A stretch of 32,000 nucleotides of DNA. Origin: Alkalilimnicola ehrlichii MLHE-1 (GTDB lineage: Bacteria > Pseudomonadota > Gammaproteobacteria > Nitrococcales > Halorhodospiraceae). Position 1 is the first letter of the stretch; each line of letters begins with the position of its first letter. A model generated the notes under the pieces. It searched no databases. It was not told the DNA's origin and saw nothing but the letters and a program-made list of their open reading frames with translations. The DNA is taken from assembly GCF_000014785.1 (NCBI RefSeq), contig NC_008340.1, positions 2,370,001-2,402,000 on the forward strand. Reading direction: 5' to 3'. A program made the position numbers and the translations under genes. Positions 29,391-32,000 of this stretch are shown here, piece by piece.

Positions 29391-30714
29391 ATGCATCCAG
29401 TTCCCCAGAGCCAGGACACTGGCCGTCGCCCTGCCCTGCGCCCTCGCCCTCGGGGGCATCTCCGGGACCGCGGCCGGCGCGGCCTTTGCCCTCAAGGAGC
29501 AAAGCGCCACCGCGCTCGGCAATGCCTTCGCGGGCGCCACCGCCGGCGCCGAGGACCTCACCTACAGCTTCTTCAACCCGGCCGCCCTGGCCTGGGGCTC
29601 GGGCACCGAGATCGCCCTGGTGGGCAGCTATATCCTGCCCGAGTTCGAGTACGAATCGGATGACCCCACCGCCGGCAACCCCTACCCCGGGGACCACTCC
29701 AGCAGGAGCCGGGAGGCCGCCTTCGTGCCGGTGGGTTACGCCGCCTGGGAACTGCGGGACGATATCCGCATGGGCGTCGGGGTGACGGTGCCCTACGGGC
29801 TGGAGACCGACTATGACCGCGACTGGATCGGCCGCTACGACGCCATCAACACGGAGTTGCTGACCATCGACATTAACCCCACCGTCGCCTGGCGGGTCAA
29901 TGAACAGTTCGCCGTGGCCGCGGGGCTGTCCGCACAGTACGCCGACGCCAGCCTCAGCAGCGCCATACCCGGTCAGGGGATGGACCCCTCGACCGACGGC
30001 AAGCTCGACGTGGAGGGGGACAATTGGGCCTATGGCTTCAACCTGGGGGCCCTGTTCGAACCGGTCGAGGGGACCCGCCTCGGGGTGGCCTACCGCTCGC
30101 GCATCACCCATGACCTTTCGGGGGATGCCGAGTACGACCCGGCGAACTTCGGCCCGGGCACCGCCGAGCCCCAGGAGGTCGGGGGGAGCGCCAAACTGCG
30201 CCTGCCCGAGACCCTCAGTCTGGGCATCCACCAGGCGATCAACGACCGCTGGGCGGTGATGGCCGACGCCACCTGGACCCGCTGGAGCCGCTTCGATGAG
30301 CTACGGGTGGATTTCGACGAGGACATCACCATCGGCACCACCCTGATGGGGCCGATCACCTCCTCCGGCAGCGTCGACGACTACAGCTGGGACGACACCT
30401 GGTTCGTCGCCCTGGGCGCCACCTTCCGTCCCAACAACGAATGGGCACTGCGGGTCGGGGTGGCCCACGACGAAAGCCCGGTCAGCAACTGCTGCCGCAC
30501 CCCGCGCATCCCGGACGAGGACCGCACCTGGCTGGCCTTCGGCGCCAGCTACCAGCCCAATGACAACGTGAAACTGGACTTTGGCTACACCTACATCTGG
30601 CTGGACGACGCCGATATCGTGCTGAACGACGACAACCCCAATGTCCCGGACGTGGAGGGCGAGTACGAAAGCTCTGTGCAGATCCTCACCGCCTCATTCA
30701 ACTACCGGTTCTGA
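29391..30714 (+). CDS. fadL: FadL/OmpP1/TodX-family outer-membrane transporter for long-chain fatty acids or hydrophobic compounds; apparent 5' frameshift
   Basis: The track gives only 29620..30714 (GTG start). The same frame is open from 29374 and encodes ..[61 protein letters not shown], a signal peptide plus the conserved FadL N-terminus. The only good start (AGGAGGagaaccgATG at 29391) is in a different frame. The C-terminus ends in an aromatic residue (..SFNYRF), as is typical of outer-membrane beta-barrels. Confidence 0.8.
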
Positions 30715-30740
30715 CAGCCCGCCTGTCGATCGCCCCACCG

Positions 30741-30772
30741 GGGGCCGGACACCCCCGTTCGGCCCCTTTCTC
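30741..30772 (+). terminator. Rho-independent terminator after fadL
   Basis: GGGGCCG (30741-30747), a 12-nt loop, CGGCCCC (30760-30766), followed by TTTCTC. Confidence 0.6.
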
Positions 30773-30922
30773 ATTCCACCAGCCGGACCTCACTCCATTT
30801 TTTTATTCGTATCCGGCATTAAATTACCACGATCAATTCTTTTTTTTGCTAAGCCCCAGGCGTTACGCTCTCTCAAACCGTCAACGCCTCGTCACGGGAT
30901 GGGAGACTGGAGAGCCCGCGTT

Positions 30923-31660
30923 ATGGCCAACAGACCACAGGCATTGAAGATCCACCCCCAGCCGGTTCTCGCCCCCGGGGAGCTCGACTCGGTCCGACGG
31001 CAACTGGCGGCGGCATCGGCGCAGGAGCGTGTGCGCTGGGGCCTCGCCCGCTTCCCCGGACGCATTGTCCTCGCCTCCAGCTTCGGGGCGCAGGCCGCGG
31101 TGTCCCTGCACCTGGTGACCCGTGAACAGCCCGACATCCCCGTGGTACTGGTGGATACCGGCTATCTCTTCCCGGAGACCTACCGCTTTGTGGACGAGCT
31201 CACTGAACGGCTCGGTCTCAACCTTCAAGTCGCCCGCCCGGCGCACTCCGCGGCCTGGCAGGAGGCGCGCTTCGGCCGTCTCTGGGAGCAGGGCGTCGAG
31301 GGGATCGAACGCTACAATCGGATGAACAAGGTCGAGCCCATGCAGCAGGCCCTGGAGACCTTGGGGGCCGACGCCTGGTTTGCCGGGCTGCGCCGGCAGC
31401 AGGCGCACTCGCGGCAACAACGGCAGGTGGTCGAGATCCAGAACGACCGGGTCAAGGTGCATCCGATCATCGACTGGACAGACCGGGATGTCCACCGCTA
31501 CCTGACCCGCCACGACCTGCCCTACCACCCCCTCTGGCACGAAGGCTACGTCTCCATCGGCGACGTCCACACCACCCGCCGGCTCGCCGACGGCATGAGC
31601 GAGGAGGAGACGCGCTTCTTCGGCCTGCGCCGGGAGTGCGGTCTGCACGACCTGGTCTGA
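30923..31660 (+). CDS. cysH: Phosphoadenosine phosphosulfate (PAPS) reductase
   Basis: The track ORF starts at 30641. I prefer ATG 30923 (245 aa), colinear with remembered E. coli CysH ([77 protein letters not shown]). It has no CC..CxxC Fe-S motif, so it is the PAPS type rather than the APS type. Confidence 0.92.
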   Translation: MANRPQALKIHPQPVLAPGELDSVRRQLAAASAQERVRWGLARFPGRIVLASSFGAQAAVSLHLVTREQPDIPVVLVDTGYLFPETYRFVDELTERLGLNLQVARPAHSAAWQEARFGRLWEQGVEGIERYNRMNKVEPMQQALETLGADAWFAGLRRQQAHSRQQRQVVEIQNDRVKVHPIIDWTDRDVHRYLTRHDLPYHPLWHEGYVSIGDVHTTRRLADGMSEEETRFFGLRRECGLHDLV

Positions 31661-31783
31661 GCATCGGCCTGGTTGACGCCCGCCCCCGCCTCCGCGGTCA
31701 GCGGTGGCGGTCGGCGGGTGGGTGGCGTCAGACGCCGGACACGCCCGCCGTCGGTTCCCGGGTCCTGCGCTCACTGGATCTGG

Positions 31784-32000
31784 TTATCCTCCGGACGCTG
31801 GGTGACTCCACGAGACCGCCAGATAGCCCGCCGCGATCACCGCCAGGGTCAGTAACAGCAACCCCAGCCAGGCCCCGCGCCAGGACGATCCGGAGGCACG
31901 CAGATTCAAATACACCATCGCCACCTGGTGGGCCTTGAAGCCGGTGCTCAGCAGCAGCAAGCCGGCGGACCACAGCGGCAATGTCCGGGCAGCCCCTTCA
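31784..32000 (-). CDS. 3' end of a hypothetical membrane protein (open to the window edge)
   Basis: The minus-strand frame is open from the edge to TAA (31784-31786), encoding ..LPLWSAGLLLLSTGFKAHQVAMVYLNLRASGSSWRGAWLGLLLLTLAVIAAGYLAVSW.. with two hydrophobic helices. I do not recognise a family. Confidence 0.35.
   Translation of the reverse strand, partial: EGAARTLPLWSAGLLLLSTGFKAHQVAMVYLNLRASGSSWRGAWLGLLLLTLAVIAAGYLAVSWSHPASGG

Noticed and set aside
29367-29663. 98-aa [29 protein letters not shown].. overlapping the 5' end of fadL.
   Set aside because: It is the out-of-frame readout produced by the apparent single-C insertion, with Arg-rich, non-membrane-like sequence. I treat it as part of the fadL frameshift finding rather than as a gene.
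31661-31783. GC-rich dyads (for example GGCGTCaGACGCC at about 31722-31734) between the convergent cysH and the edge ORF, considered as a terminator.
   Set aside because: The central loop is too small, the alternative larger stem needs a bulge, and there is no T tract. This is too ambiguous to call.

Overview
High-GC (about two-thirds G+C by eye) proteobacterial chromosomal DNA. Proteins closely resemble E. coli orthologues as I recall them, so this is probably a gammaproteobacterium. The seven-gene Mrp antiporter hints at a halo/alkaliphile, but that is only inference. Most of the window is ordinary housekeeping, and I see no CRISPR array, rRNA, tRNA, intact mobile element or recognisable defence or toxin system. 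Gene order: fbaB 3' end; mrpABCDEFG Na+/H+ antiporter operon; nadC; a 52-codon membrane ORF; ettA; purU; a 71-aa acidic ORF; metY (minus strand); a cobalamin-riboswitch leader; nrdA; a 575-bp spacer with two REP-like nested palindromes; nrdB; metR (minus strand) divergent from metE; a palindromic-repeat cluster with a decayed IS4-like transposase; acetoacetyl-CoA synthetase (minus strand); an SDR; fadI-fadJ; a second, inverted repeat cluster; a hotdog thioesterase (minus strand); a fadL-like porin gene; cysH; and a partial membrane ORF. Points worth a second look: (1) NrdB carries the Chlamydia-type class Ic signature (Phe at the tyrosyl-radical position, Glu as first metal ligand), and the operon lies behind a B12 riboswitch with an SD-sequestering helix and possible NrdR boxes. 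(2) Two families of structured repeats are present. One forms ~260-bp inverted copies that bracket the 7.9-kb acetoacetate/fatty-acid block. (3) The fadL-like gene has its ATG out of frame with its signal peptide because of one extra C in a C4 run. (4) AT-rich motifs recur upstream of the lipid genes, and a sigma54-like promoter sits upstream of the acetoacetyl-CoA synthetase gene. All homology statements rest on reading the translations and on remembered family signatures; no database search was run.
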